From a bacterium (GTDB taxonomy: Bacteria > UBA8248 > JACPRG01 > G963555815), in the NCBI GenBank assembly GCA_963555815.3, contig CAUVWX020000002.1:576001-640000 (forward strand): a stretch of 64,000 bases of DNA. The letters run 5' to 3'. Below are positions 41,245 through 50,574 of this stretch, piece by piece. A program made the translations under genes and the position numbers. The notes under the pieces were generated by a model. The model was given only the letters and a program-made list of their open reading frames with translations. It had not been told where the DNA came from and ran no database searches. Every line of letters starts with the position of its first letter. Position 1 is the stretch's first letter.

Positions 41245-42327
41245 TCACTCCAGGTTCCCGGCCACCTGCTCACGACTCAACTGGGCAAGCCGCTCTTCCA
41301 GCTCCGCCACCTTCGCCGTCAGCCCACGAACCGCTTCGGCACCCTGCCCCGCCTCGCCCTCCTTCGCCGGGCCTCGGTCCCAAGGGGTGTAGGCGTTGGT
41401 GTTGACGTCAAGACGAATCACGTCCCAGCGAGCATCCCGCCCGCAGACGTCAATGTAGCACTTGCGGCGAAGGCCCTGATAAAGGTCCACGTCCGCATAA
41501 AGGATGGTCTCCTTCCCATACACCGGCCCCACCAGATACTCGCCATTGGGGTCAATGACGGCGCTCCCGCCAGGAAACCCCCAATGGGCGTTCCCCAAGT
41601 TGGCCACTTCGGCAGCCTCCTCAGGGATATAGGTCGAAGCAGCCACCACAAAACAGGACCCCTCAATGGCGTAGGCCCGAGAGGCGATCTGGACAATCTC
41701 CTTATTGCTACGCCCAGGGGGAGGATAATCGGGCCAGCTCCCAGGCCAGCAGGCACAATGAATCTGCTCCCCTTGAGCCATCAAGGCATATTTGAAAAGG
41801 GGCTGGAGGTGCTCATAGCAAATCAGCCCCCCTACCTTCCCCACCTCTGTGTCAAAGACACAATGGAGGTCAGAGCCATCCCCGCGGCCATGAAACACCC
41901 GCTCCCGATGAGAAGGTGTGAACTTCCGGTGACGACCCAGGACCTTCCCGTCAGGACCAAAGAAGACCAGGGAGTTGTAGAGCATCCCAGGATAATCCTT
42001 GCGGCGCTCATTCAAACCCATCACCACCACCGCCCCGGCCTTGCGCGCCGCTTCACCAATGGCCCGCGTCTCCTCGCTCGGCACCTCCACCGAATGGAGG
42101 ATCAGCTCCGCCAGATTATCGGCCCACTCATTCGGACGGGCCATGTCCACCGACCAGTTCGGAAACATGGGAATAAACCCCTCAGGAAAGGCCACCAAAC
42201 GTGCCCCCTGAGAGCCCGCCTCTTCAATGAGACGACAGGCCTTCTCTGTCGTCGCCTGCTTGTTCATCGGAAGAATGGGGGCAGCCTGAACCGCCGCCAC
42301 TTTCAGTTTTAAGACATCCTTCGCCAT
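41245..42327 (-). CDS. nitrilase (carbon-nitrogen hydrolase family)
   Basis: VAAVQAAP; FPEG, HRKF and ICYEH give the Glu-Lys-Cys triad; GEQIHCA. Confidence 0.92.
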   Translation of the reverse strand: MAKDVLKLKVAAVQAAPILPMNKQATTEKACRLIEEAGSQGARLVAFPEGFIPMFPNWSVDMARPNEWADNLAELILHSVEVPSEETRAIGEAARKAGAVVVMGLNERRKDYPGMLYNSLVFFGPDGKVLGRHRKFTPSHRERVFHGRGDGSDLHCVFDTEVGKVGGLICYEHLQPLFKYALMAQGEQIHCACWPGSWPDYPPPGRSNKEIVQIASRAYAIEGSCFVVAASTYIPEEAAEVANLGNAHWGFPGGSAVIDPNGEYLVGPVYGKETILYADVDLYQGLRRKCYIDVCGRDARWDVIRLDVNTNAYTPWDRGPAKEGEAGQGAEAVRGLTAKVAELEERLAQLSREQVAGNLE

Positions 42328-42356
42328 AGCTCCTCCCCCTCATTATCTCTGGGCAA

Positions 42357-42968
42357 TCAACCAGAACTCCTCCGCCCTTCACCCAAAAGCCGTGCCTTTT
42401 CCAATTCCTCAGGGGTATTCAGGTTCCGAAAAGAAAGGAGGTCCGGGTCGTGGCGCATCAGCGTCTCCTGGCCGACCTCCTTCACCTTAACCAAGGGAAA
42501 GAGGCCATGGATAGCCAGGCGCCCCTCCCCCAAAAGGGTCTCAATAGGGCCGCGGCAGCTCTCGCAATAGACCGCATGAAGAGGCTCCGGGCCCGAGTCC
42601 GAGACGGGGACAACGACATCGAAGCCCTCACGTTCCTCGACCAGATGCCGGATAAGGGCCTCGTTCAGAAAAGGCATGTCACAGGAGGCAAAAAAGGCGT
42701 GAGGGGCCCCGGCATGAACAAGGCCCGTATAGACCCCGCCGAGAGAGCCCTTCCCCGGGTAGATGTCCGTATGGATCTCAAAACCCAGATTTTCGTAGAG
42801 GGAGGGGGTGTTGGTGATCACGAGATTACGTTCGAATATAGACTCAAGGACCTCGGCCACCCGCTCAACCAGGGGCTTATCGCCCACGGGGAGGAAGGCC
42901 TTATCCCTTCCCATCCGGCGGCTCTTGCCGCCGGCCAGCACCACCCCGGTGACCTCTTGGTATCGCAC
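42357..42968 (-). CDS. mobA: molybdenum cofactor guanylyltransferase
   Basis: LAGGKSRRMGRDKA, SCDMPF, EPLHAVY, NLNTPEE. Confidence 0.95.
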   Translation of the reverse strand: MRYQEVTGVVLAGGKSRRMGRDKAFLPVGDKPLVERVAEVLESIFERNLVITNTPSLYENLGFEIHTDIYPGKGSLGGVYTGLVHAGAPHAFFASCDMPFLNEALIRHLVEEREGFDVVVPVSDSGPEPLHAVYCESCRGPIETLLGEGRLAIHGLFPLVKVKEVGQETLMRHDPDLLSFRNLNTPEELEKARLLGEGRRSSG

Positions 42969-43008
42969 GGTGTCTCATCCTATCCGACACAAGGGGCAGT
43001 GCCCCTCT

Positions 43009-43578
43009 CTAGGGGACAGAGGAAGTCCGACTCCCCCGCGCGCCTTGCCCCGACGCACGAGACTTAGAATTAAGAAATTTTTGCTCGATGAAGTCAGCGA
43101 TTCCCTGATCGTTGTCCAGATGAAAACGCGGGACCTCCACCGACAACTCCGTGTCCGAGGCAACCGCCACCAGGGACTCATCGTCCTGACAAAAAAGCCC
43201 CTCACCGACCTCATGACGATGGACTTCTATCTTGGGAATCTTGCTCCGCTTGTAACCCTCGACCAGGACGAGGTCCGCATCCTCGATATAGGAACGGGCG
43301 ATCTCCTCAGGTTGGAGATTGGGCGAAACCTTTCTGACGATGACCACTTCGCCCTGGGTTGAGGCGATAGAGACATGGGCCCCCGCCTTGCGGTGGCGCC
43401 AAGTATCCTTGCCTTCCCGCTCGATGCTGAAGGTGTGGGCGTGCTTAATTGTCCCGATTCGATAGCCTCTCTGAGTCAGCGCCTCAACGAGCTTGACCAC
43501 CAAGGTCGTCTTCCCGCTACCGGAATAGCCGACCACAGCGAGGACAGGAATTCCCTCTTGGTTCGAGTCCAGCGTCAC
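43009..43578 (-). CDS. mobB: molybdopterin-guanine dinucleotide biosynthesis protein B
   Basis: VGYSGSGKTT, IKHAH, GKDTWRH, LVEGYK. Confidence 0.93.
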   Translation of the reverse strand: MTLDSNQEGIPVLAVVGYSGSGKTTLVVKLVEALTQRGYRIGTIKHAHTFSIEREGKDTWRHRKAGAHVSIASTQGEVVIVRKVSPNLQPEEIARSYIEDADLVLVEGYKRSKIPKIEVHRHEVGEGLFCQDDESLVAVASDTELSVEVPRFHLDNDQGIADFIEQKFLNSKSRASGQGARGSRTSSVP

Positions 43579-44729
43579 TTTCTTCTACCCTGTTTTTGCC
43601 ACCCCTTCGCCTCCTTATCCCCCCACTTGAAGATATCGGTGGGCGAAGACTCGGTGTACGAAACGGCTTCTCCCCGCCCCGGAAAGGCTTTGAAGGAAAA
43701 GTTGAAGGGGGAGTCACGGAGGGGCCGTCTCACGCGATTTTCGAGGACCCCTATCACCTCGATTTCGCACCGGATGTCGTCGCCCACCTGGAGATACCCG
43801 CCCTGCTTCGCCTCGCCGGAACGCTCGTGGGTATTGGCGCCGAGCGCCTCGTCCGAACCCAGGCCACAGCCCCCCGGCGTCCCCATGGCGATGACAAACC
43901 CCGGTTTCAGGGACATGATTCGCGAGACGTAATGGATAGTCTCCGGAATAGACCAGAGGAAATTCTTGGTGTTATCTTCCTGGCGCAACTCTCCATTCAC
44001 CCAGGTCCTCATGCCCAGGTCCTCTGGGTGATCCATCTCCGCTTTGGTGAGGATCCAGGGCCCGAGGGCGACACTCTTGTCGAAATTCCTCCCCTGCCCA
44101 TAGCGAACGTGGAACTCCTTTCCTCCCTCCCCCCAGGGGAGAATCTCATGGTCCCGGGCCGAGAGGTTGTTGATGATGGTATAGCCGAAGACGTGGTCCA
44201 GGGCCTTCTCAGGAGGGATGTTTCGGCCCCCCTTCCCAATCACAACGCCCAGCTGAACACCGTAGTCGAGCTTCTTTATAAGACGGGGGTCGACCCAAAA
44301 CGCCTCGCCCGGACCAATCACGGTGTGGGGTAACTTGAGAAAGAAGCCGGCCTGGTCGGGCCGGGTCCGGTTGGTCTCATCGAAGTAGTCCTTGAAATTC
44401 GATTCAAGACACACCAGGGCTCGGGGGGTGAGGGGAAGCTTGGGAACAAGCGTGGACACATCGTAGGGGAGATCGACAAGCCCCTCATTGAAGATCTTTG
44501 TGCCAAAGGCGACGCCCGCGTTGAAGGCCCTCAGATACTTATCTCCCCCCTCCAGGATTTGAGCAAAATCGTAGGGGAGCCTCTCAGCGGCCATTTCTCT
44601 CGCCCTAGGGTCTCCCACGATGTCGTTTAAAAAGAGGGCGTAGCACTCCTGTATGTCGATCACCTTGTCCTCGTGGACAAAGGTGCCCAACATCCTCTTC
44701 ATCCCGTGCTCAACGTTGATAATCTTCAT
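43575..44729 (-). CDS. fumarylacetoacetate hydrolase (FAH)-family protein lacking the canonical metal ligands
   Basis: FFLK, LDYGVQL, GYTIINNLSARD, LGPWI, MGTPGG, GVLEN. Confidence 0.85.
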   Translation of the reverse strand: MKIINVEHGMKRMLGTFVHEDKVIDIQECYALFLNDIVGDPRAREMAAERLPYDFAQILEGGDKYLRAFNAGVAFGTKIFNEGLVDLPYDVSTLVPKLPLTPRALVCLESNFKDYFDETNRTRPDQAGFFLKLPHTVIGPGEAFWVDPRLIKKLDYGVQLGVVIGKGGRNIPPEKALDHVFGYTIINNLSARDHEILPWGEGGKEFHVRYGQGRNFDKSVALGPWILTKAEMDHPEDLGMRTWVNGELRQEDNTKNFLWSIPETIHYVSRIMSLKPGFVIAMGTPGGCGLGSDEALGANTHERSGEAKQGGYLQVGDDIRCEIEVIGVLENRVRRPLRDSPFNFSFKAFPGRGEAVSYTESSPTDIFKWGDKEAKGWQKQGRRK

Positions 44730-44741
44730 CGTTGACCTCGA

Positions 44742-45758
44742 CTAGGAATCCTCGTGAATCTTCTCAACCGAATTCTCCAGCGAGCCGATGGAGTCAATCT
44801 CGGCCTTAATCTTATCACCCAGCTTTAGAAAACCGCATTTCATCGCAGGAACTGCCAGGGTGGGCCCGCCGGAGTCCGACCGGCCCAGCCGGGGGCCTCC
44901 GGGGCTTCCGCTGGCGATGACAATTCCCGGGTCCAGTGTAAAGAAGGTGGAGAGGTGGCTGACGAAGGAGAGGGGGTCGATCGGCAACTCATCCGGCTTG
45001 AACTCTTCTTGGAGCTCCCCGTTGACCCATAGCCGATGCGAGAGATTCTCCACACCACCCTCTATCTCGTCCTTGGTGACGATCCAAGGGCCCAGGGCGC
45101 CCGCCGCTTCAAGGCAGACCCCCTCCAAGACCCGGCTGTGGAACACCCCGCCCTCCATGCCCATGCTCAACTGGTCTGCCGCCAAGATGTCCGTGAATAT
45201 CGTAAAACCGAAGATGTGGTCTAGGACCTCGTTCTGGGGGATATCCTTTCCCCCCTGTCCAATGATAATGCCAAGCTCTACCTCGGAACGGAGGTCCTTG
45301 GCCACCTCCGGCTCATGGGAGATAGGGTCTCCAGACCCGATCACGTGGGGGCCGGATTTGACGAAAAACTCTGCATGTCGGTAGAGGTCCATATCCTCGG
45401 CCTGTGCAGGCCCGTAGCCCGCGCACACCACCGCATCCGGTTGAAGGGGAGCCCTCAGGCGCACCTCGCGCAGAGGTCGGACCTCTGCGAAAAGGTCCCC
45501 CTCGGCACGCCGAGTTTCAAAGTGCTCGAGGGCTTGGACCGCCGCCTCCCAGGACGACTCTCCTCCACGGATGAAGTGGAGCATACTGCTTGAAATCCGA
45601 GCCCTCGCGAGTCCCTCTGCACGCCGATCTCCCTCAACCTCTGATAGATACCTGGCGTAGAGCCGCTCGAGGTCGGCCACCTCATCTCCCACAACGCAGC
45701 CGATCCTCGTCTGGCCATCAAAGACGTAGGTCCCGAGCTTCATGCGCTCACTCTCCAA
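44742..45758 (-). CDS. FAH-family protein (divergent paralog)
   Basis: SEVELGIIIG, GFTIFTD, LGPWIVT, SGSPGG, IGSLEN; start may be TTG 45758 or ATG 45743. Confidence 0.85.
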   Translation of the reverse strand: MESERMKLGTYVFDGQTRIGCVVGDEVADLERLYARYLSEVEGDRRAEGLARARISSSMLHFIRGGESSWEAAVQALEHFETRRAEGDLFAEVRPLREVRLRAPLQPDAVVCAGYGPAQAEDMDLYRHAEFFVKSGPHVIGSGDPISHEPEVAKDLRSEVELGIIIGQGGKDIPQNEVLDHIFGFTIFTDILAADQLSMGMEGGVFHSRVLEGVCLEAAGALGPWIVTKDEIEGGVENLSHRLWVNGELQEEFKPDELPIDPLSFVSHLSTFFTLDPGIVIASGSPGGPRLGRSDSGGPTLAVPAMKCGFLKLGDKIKAEIDSIGSLENSVEKIHEDS

Positions 45759-45817
45759 AAAAGCCGTTGCCAGTGCATGTAATAAAAGGAGTGTTTCGGC
45801 GACTGGTCTGTATAAAC

Positions 45818-45846
45818 ATTATCTGGCCACAGGGGCTTCCTGTCAA
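45818..45846 (-). promoter_or_regulatory. sigma-70-type promoter of the FAH-FAH-mobB-mobA-nitrilase operon
   Basis: Minus strand TTGACA-17 bp-GATAAT. Confidence 0.65.
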
Positions 45847-45913
45847 TATACACCCAGCCACGTTCCCCGATAACTCACGCCGTTTTCCCCGGCCCCTCCA
45901 CCCACTGTTGGAG

Positions 45914-47116
45914 CTACCCCCCCTCACTCTCTCTCGAGAAAAGGCACATGAGAAAGCCGAAGAGCAGGAGGGCCGCACCGAGATAAAAAGCGCCGACCAG
46001 AGAGCCCGTCAGGTCCCGGATGAGACCCGACAACACGGGGGCCACGATCCCCGAGGAGATTCCGATTAAGTTCACCACCCCCATTGCCGTCCCCATGGCC
46101 TCCGGTCTGCTTCTCGCCACATCGTCTCCGACCCACGCCAGGAGGATGGGCTCCACTGCTGGTTTTCCAGTGGCACCAAAAAACAAAAGGGCCAGGGCCA
46201 ACCCCAAAAGCGACTGGGAGTGGGCGATGAAGAACAGGCTTGCAGCCGCCAGGGGAAAGAGGACGAGGGAGAGGGGGCGCCGCCCTATCCGGTCGGAGAC
46301 CCTGCCCACGAGGATACTCACCGGGATGGCCGACAGGACAAAGATGGCTGCAAATAGGCCGGACCCCGTAACGCCGAAACCGTGCTCCGTCTGCAGGAAC
46401 AAAGGACCCCAGATGAGGATGAGCCAAAAACCATAAAGAGAGCAGAAATTAGCCAGAAATAAGGCGATGAGCCTGGGTTGTCCCAAAACGCTCCGAAGCG
46501 GTGCCCGAGGGCCTGCGGGCTTTGGAGGAAGCTCTTGGATGGCCCTGAGGTAGACCCCTGCCATCAGGGTCGTGGGGATGGCCAGGAGGACAAAGGGGAG
46601 ACGCCAGCTCTCCAGGAGCCGGAAGACGGGGCCCGAAAAGAGGAAACCGGCCCCCATGCCCACGAAGATACCCACGAAGACAGTGGCGGAGCGAACGGCC
46701 CGAAGATGGGGGGGTGAGGTCCTCAGCACATATCCAAAGGCCGAGGGAAAGTAGACGCCCGTGGCAAGACCGTGGATGGCCACAAAGAGGAGGAGGGTCT
46801 CGTAGCGGGTGGCGAGGAGTCCCAGGCCCACCAGCGCGACACCCGCCACCGCATAGCTCGTCGCAAGTGTCCTTCGGAATCCCACCCGGTCGGACAGAAA
46901 CCCTCCCAGGACCTGGGTGGACCCATAGAAGACGAAGAAGACACTGCTGATGGTCCCGATCTGGACCCCGCTCAGCGAGAAGTCATCCGCAATCACTGAG
47001 AGGAGGGGAAACAGCGTGGTCCTGTTAGCGAAGAGAAAGAGCCAACCCAGGAAGAAGATGAGAACGCCTGGACCCCAAACCTTCGCAGAAGACCTGGCCG
47101 GGGAAGTCGAGAGCAT
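45914..47116 (-). CDS. MFS transporter
   Basis: ~12 hydrophobic segments; GFLSDRVGFRR and GRVSDRIGRR motif A. Confidence 0.92.
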   Translation of the reverse strand: MLSTSPARSSAKVWGPGVLIFFLGWLFLFANRTTLFPLLSVIADDFSLSGVQIGTISSVFFVFYGSTQVLGGFLSDRVGFRRTLATSYAVAGVALVGLGLLATRYETLLLFVAIHGLATGVYFPSAFGYVLRTSPPHLRAVRSATVFVGIFVGMGAGFLFSGPVFRLLESWRLPFVLLAIPTTLMAGVYLRAIQELPPKPAGPRAPLRSVLGQPRLIALFLANFCSLYGFWLILIWGPLFLQTEHGFGVTGSGLFAAIFVLSAIPVSILVGRVSDRIGRRPLSLVLFPLAAASLFFIAHSQSLLGLALALLFFGATGKPAVEPILLAWVGDDVARSRPEAMGTAMGVVNLIGISSGIVAPVLSGLIRDLTGSLVGAFYLGAALLLFGFLMCLFSRESEGG

Positions 47117-47263
47117 TCTGACTAGACCCTCTCAGGCCCGCCCCTGAGAGGCGGTACACCGTAAAGAGTAGATTCCATCACTTGAGTTAACGAGATTGAG
47201 GCCGCCAATTTACCGGACGCAGAAAAGCCGAAGGATGAAACTCGACGCAGAGAAAATGAAACG

Positions 47264-47339
47264 TGGTGGAGGATAGGGGACTCGAACCCCTGACCTCGTG
47301 GGTGCGATCCACGCGCTCTCCCAACTGAGCTAATCCCCC
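47264..47339 (-). tRNA. tRNA-Ala (anticodon CGC)
   Basis: GGGGGATTAGCTCAGTTGGGAGAGCGCGTGGAT-CGC-ACCCACGAGGTCAGGGGTTCGAGTCCCCTATCCTCCACCA; 76 nt, G3:U70, encoded CCA. Confidence 0.97.
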
Positions 47340-47349
47340 GCAAAAACGC

Positions 47350-47378
47350 ACGATATAGGGCTGTCCCTTGACTGTCAA
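47350..47378 (-). promoter_or_regulatory. sigma-70-type promoter of tRNA-Ala
   Basis: Minus strand TTGACA-17 bp-TATCGT, ~10 bp upstream of the tRNA. Confidence 0.55.
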
Positions 47379-47478
47379 GAATCCCTGCCCTCTCTGCAAA
47401 TCCCGGGAAATCTATGTCCCGCTACTCTTGGCCGTTACTTCATTCAGGGCTCTTCTTTGTGTCCTAAGGGGAGGCCAG

Positions 47479-48432
47479 TCACTCTCGCCAGTATTGGAGG
47501 ATGTCAGCCAGGCTCTGGTCGAGGGGGATCTCGGGCTCCCAACCCGTTTGGGCTTTGAACTTTCCCGGGTCTCCGATAAGCCGAGGGACGTCCGAGGGTC
47601 GAAGACGATCGGGGTCCACCTTCGCCTTGATGGAGACCCGGGCCATGGCCAAGAAGCGGTCCAGGATCTCCTGGATACGGTGCCCCTTTCCTGAGCAGAC
47701 GTTGTAGACCTCCCCAGACACCCCCCGCTCCAGAACAAGCCAGTAGGCCCGTACGATATCCCGTACATCCGTGAAATCGCGGATTGCCTCCAGGTTTCCC
47801 ACCCGAAGAGGTCCTTGGGCGAGCCCAAGCTCCTGCTCGGCGATCTGCCTGGCAAAGCTGGAGCAGACGAAGACGTCCGAGTGCCTTGGGCCAGTGACGT
47901 TGAAGGCCCGAGTCCGGATCAACCCCAGCTGGTAGCTATAAACATACTGAAGACTCAGAAGGTCCTGGCCCACCTTGCTGACCGCGTAAGGGCTCATGGG
48001 GCGAAGGGCATTCGTCTCCTTCAGGGGGAACTCGTGGGGCTCTGCAATACCGTATTCCTCGCTGGAGCCGGCGACGAGGATGAGGGGGTCCATCTCAAGC
48101 TGGCGCACGGCCTCCAGGAGGTGGAGGGTCCCCAGGATGTTCGTCGTGAGGGCCTCCTCGGGGGCATCCCAGGAGATGGCGACGTGGCTCTGAGCCGCAA
48201 GATGAAAGATTTTCTGCGGCCGAAGATAGCGGAGCACACCGAGGACTGAGGTGAGGTCTCTCACGTCGCACTCGACAATGGAGATTCGGTCGCTCAGATG
48301 ATCGATGTGTCCCGTATCGCTTCGCCACCGGCGCGTGCCATAGATCTCAACCCCGGGAAGGGAGGTCAAGAACTCCGCTAAGTGGCTCCCGGCAAAACCC
48401 GTGACGCCTGTGATGAGAACCCGTTCGGCCAT
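47479..48432 (-). CDS. GDP-mannose 4,6-dehydratase / GDP-6-deoxy-hexulose reductase-like extended SDR
   Basis: ITGVTGFAGSHL, HLAAQSHV, GSSEEYG, SPYAVSK, VGNLEAIRDFTDVRD. Confidence 0.88.
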   Translation of the reverse strand: MAERVLITGVTGFAGSHLAEFLTSLPGVEIYGTRRWRSDTGHIDHLSDRISIVECDVRDLTSVLGVLRYLRPQKIFHLAAQSHVAISWDAPEEALTTNILGTLHLLEAVRQLEMDPLILVAGSSEEYGIAEPHEFPLKETNALRPMSPYAVSKVGQDLLSLQYVYSYQLGLIRTRAFNVTGPRHSDVFVCSSFARQIAEQELGLAQGPLRVGNLEAIRDFTDVRDIVRAYWLVLERGVSGEVYNVCSGKGHRIQEILDRFLAMARVSIKAKVDPDRLRPSDVPRLIGDPGKFKAQTGWEPEIPLDQSLADILQYWRE

Positions 48433-48590
48433 CTGGGGCTCCGTAAAGTCCGCTGAAGATCCATCTCGTATCAAAGAAAAGTCTAGCACAGGCTTTCCAA
48501 TCCCCTGGGGCCCAGTGTCTCGACGGGATCAGAGGGAGTTTCAGCACGGGGAGAAACGAGCAGTCAAAACCCAAAAAGGTGGCCCCGTTT

Positions 48591-48606
48591 TGGCACTGAA
48601 TTTGCT
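48591..48606 (+). promoter_or_regulatory. sigma-54 (-24/-12) promoter
   Basis: TGGCAC-TGAAT-TTGCT, with GG-N10-GC spacing, in a ~620-bp intergenic region. Confidence 0.65.
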
Positions 48607-49055
48607 CCTAAATGTGGGGAGACAGACCTGGAGCCAGATGCAGACAGTTTCTTCACCCCCTATGAAGGCGCCTCTGTCTTAACGGCATTCGGCTTGAAGC
48701 CAAAACCCTCGGCCTTGTTTCGTCACCTAGGGGGCAGAGGGATGGAGCGTCCGGTTCCCATGCTCCTCCCCATGGGGCCGGGCGCCAAGCTGTTTTGCAT
48801 CCAGGTTCTCATGATCGCGATGAAATCCTGATGGGGAACCGACGCCCCATGAGGACTCCCCAAGCTGTCTTTATTCCCCATGAGGCCCTCCTGCTCAGGG
48901 AAGGCCGGTCGCTCCACCCCCTACAGAAGAAGTCGGAGGGTCACCCTCAGAGGGGTTGACAGGCCTCCCCCGTTCCCCTAAAAATAAGCCCTGCCATTTC
49001 TTTGGGGATAGGCTTTTCTAGCCTCTTCATCTCAAGCAGAGAGGGGGGTCTTTTC

Positions 49056-50477
49056 ATGCCTGATTTTGATGTGGCCATTCTGGGCGGAGGACCTGCCGGC
49101 TACGTGGCGGCCATTCGCGGGGCTCAATTGGGAGGAAGGGTGTGCGTCATTGAGCCGGAGAATCTGGGGGGCACTTGTGTCACCTGGGGCTGTATCCCCA
49201 CCAAGACCCTCATCGCCTCGGCCCATGTTCTCAAGATGGCCCGTCGGGCAAAGGAGTTCGGGGTGATCATCGACGGGACCATCCGGCCGGACTTCCCAGG
49301 GATGATGGCCCGAAAGGACCGGGTCGTGGATGGCCTTGTCAAGGGGGTTGAGGGGCTCTTTAAGAGCTACGGCATCACGCGCATCAAGGGACGCGGGAGG
49401 CTGACGGGGCCGGGCCGCCTGAAAATAGACAAGGTTTCATCCTCAGAGGATGGGCCAGGCGACGTGACGGCCGGCAAGATCATCATCGCCACCGGCTCAC
49501 GCCCTGCCCAGTTCCCCGCCTTCCCAAGCGACGGAAAGCATATCCTCACCAGCGACGACGCCATGCGCCTAAAAAATCTCCCGAAGAGCTTTCTCATCAT
49601 CGGGGCCGGGATCATCGGCTGCGAATTTGCCTTTCTCCTGCGGACACTGGGCTGCGAGATCACGATGGTGGAGATGCTCCACCGCGCCCTTGCCACCGAA
49701 GACGAGGACATCTCAAAAATCCTCGAGCGCGAGCTCAAAAAGGAAAAGATTAAGCTCATCGTGAACGAGCGGATCGAAAAGGTGGATGTCCGCGGTGGGG
49801 GCGTGGTGGCCCGACTCAAGGGCGGCGACGAGATCAAGGCCGAAAAGGCCCTGGTCTCCATCGGGCGCGCCTTCAACACCGACGAGATCGGCCTTGAGGC
49901 GGTGGGGGTATCCCTTGCCAAGAACAAGTCCATTGCCGCCGACTCCAAGATGGAGACGAACGTCCCCGGCATCTACGCGGCAGGGGACGTGGCAGGGGGG
50001 AAGCTTCTGGCCCACAAGGGCTCGGCCGAGGGGATCGTGGCCGTCTCAAACGCCCTGGGGGTCGAGAAAGAGATGAACTACCTGGCGGTCCCCGCAGGGA
50101 TCTTCACCCACCCGGAGGTCGGGAGCGTCGGCCTGACAGAGGCTCAGGCGCGAGAGGGAGACCGCCCCGTCAAGGTGGGCCGCTTCCTCTATCGGGCCAT
50201 CGGCAAACCCCACGCCACGGGAGAGCTGGTCGGCGAGGTGAAGATCGTAGCCGATGAGCGGACAGGGGAGATCCTGGGCGCCCACATCATCGGCGAGTCA
50301 GCGGCCGATCTCATCCACGAGGCGACCCTGGCCATGCGCTGGGAGCTCACGGTGGAGGAGCTGGCCGAAACCATCCACGTCCACCCCACCGTCTCCGAGG
50401 CCCTCATGGAGGCCGCCCACGCCGTCCAGGGAATGAGTCTCCACCAGCCCAAGGCGGCGGGCACCCCCGGCGCCTGA
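49056..50477 (+). CDS. lpdA: dihydrolipoyl dehydrogenase
   Basis: GGGPAGYVAA, GGTCVTWGCIPTK, GAGIIGCE, LAHKG, HPTVSEA. Confidence 0.95.
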   Translation: MPDFDVAILGGGPAGYVAAIRGAQLGGRVCVIEPENLGGTCVTWGCIPTKTLIASAHVLKMARRAKEFGVIIDGTIRPDFPGMMARKDRVVDGLVKGVEGLFKSYGITRIKGRGRLTGPGRLKIDKVSSSEDGPGDVTAGKIIIATGSRPAQFPAFPSDGKHILTSDDAMRLKNLPKSFLIIGAGIIGCEFAFLLRTLGCEITMVEMLHRALATEDEDISKILERELKKEKIKLIVNERIEKVDVRGGGVVARLKGGDEIKAEKALVSIGRAFNTDEIGLEAVGVSLAKNKSIAADSKMETNVPGIYAAGDVAGGKLLAHKGSAEGIVAVSNALGVEKEMNYLAVPAGIFTHPEVGSVGLTEAQAREGDRPVKVGRFLYRAIGKPHATGELVGEVKIVADERTGEILGAHIIGESAADLIHEATLAMRWELTVEELAETIHVHPTVSEALMEAAHAVQGMSLHQPKAAGTPGA

Positions 50478-50574
50478 ACAGGTCTGGGTGATGGGTATGT
50501 GAAGGAATGTCCTTTCGCTGAGGAATCCTTCGCCGAAATCTCTCTACGATTCTCGTATCTACAGTTTCTTTCTC

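Noticed and set aside
40240..42312. 690-aa plus-strand ORF and many similar long overlapping ORFs
   Set aside because: Antisense shadows of well-supported genes in high-GC DNA; no recognisable motifs.
34300..47339. Integrative element at tRNA-Ala
   Set aside because: No integrase or transposase, and I found no duplicate of the tRNA 3' end by eye; composition looks like the host.
47464..47481. Sec readthrough of other TGA stops (SDR YWRE-TGA-LASP-TAG, cupin, ABM, exbD, 106-aa ORF)
   Set aside because: No Cys-equivalent position expected and no comparable +18 G-loop hairpin.
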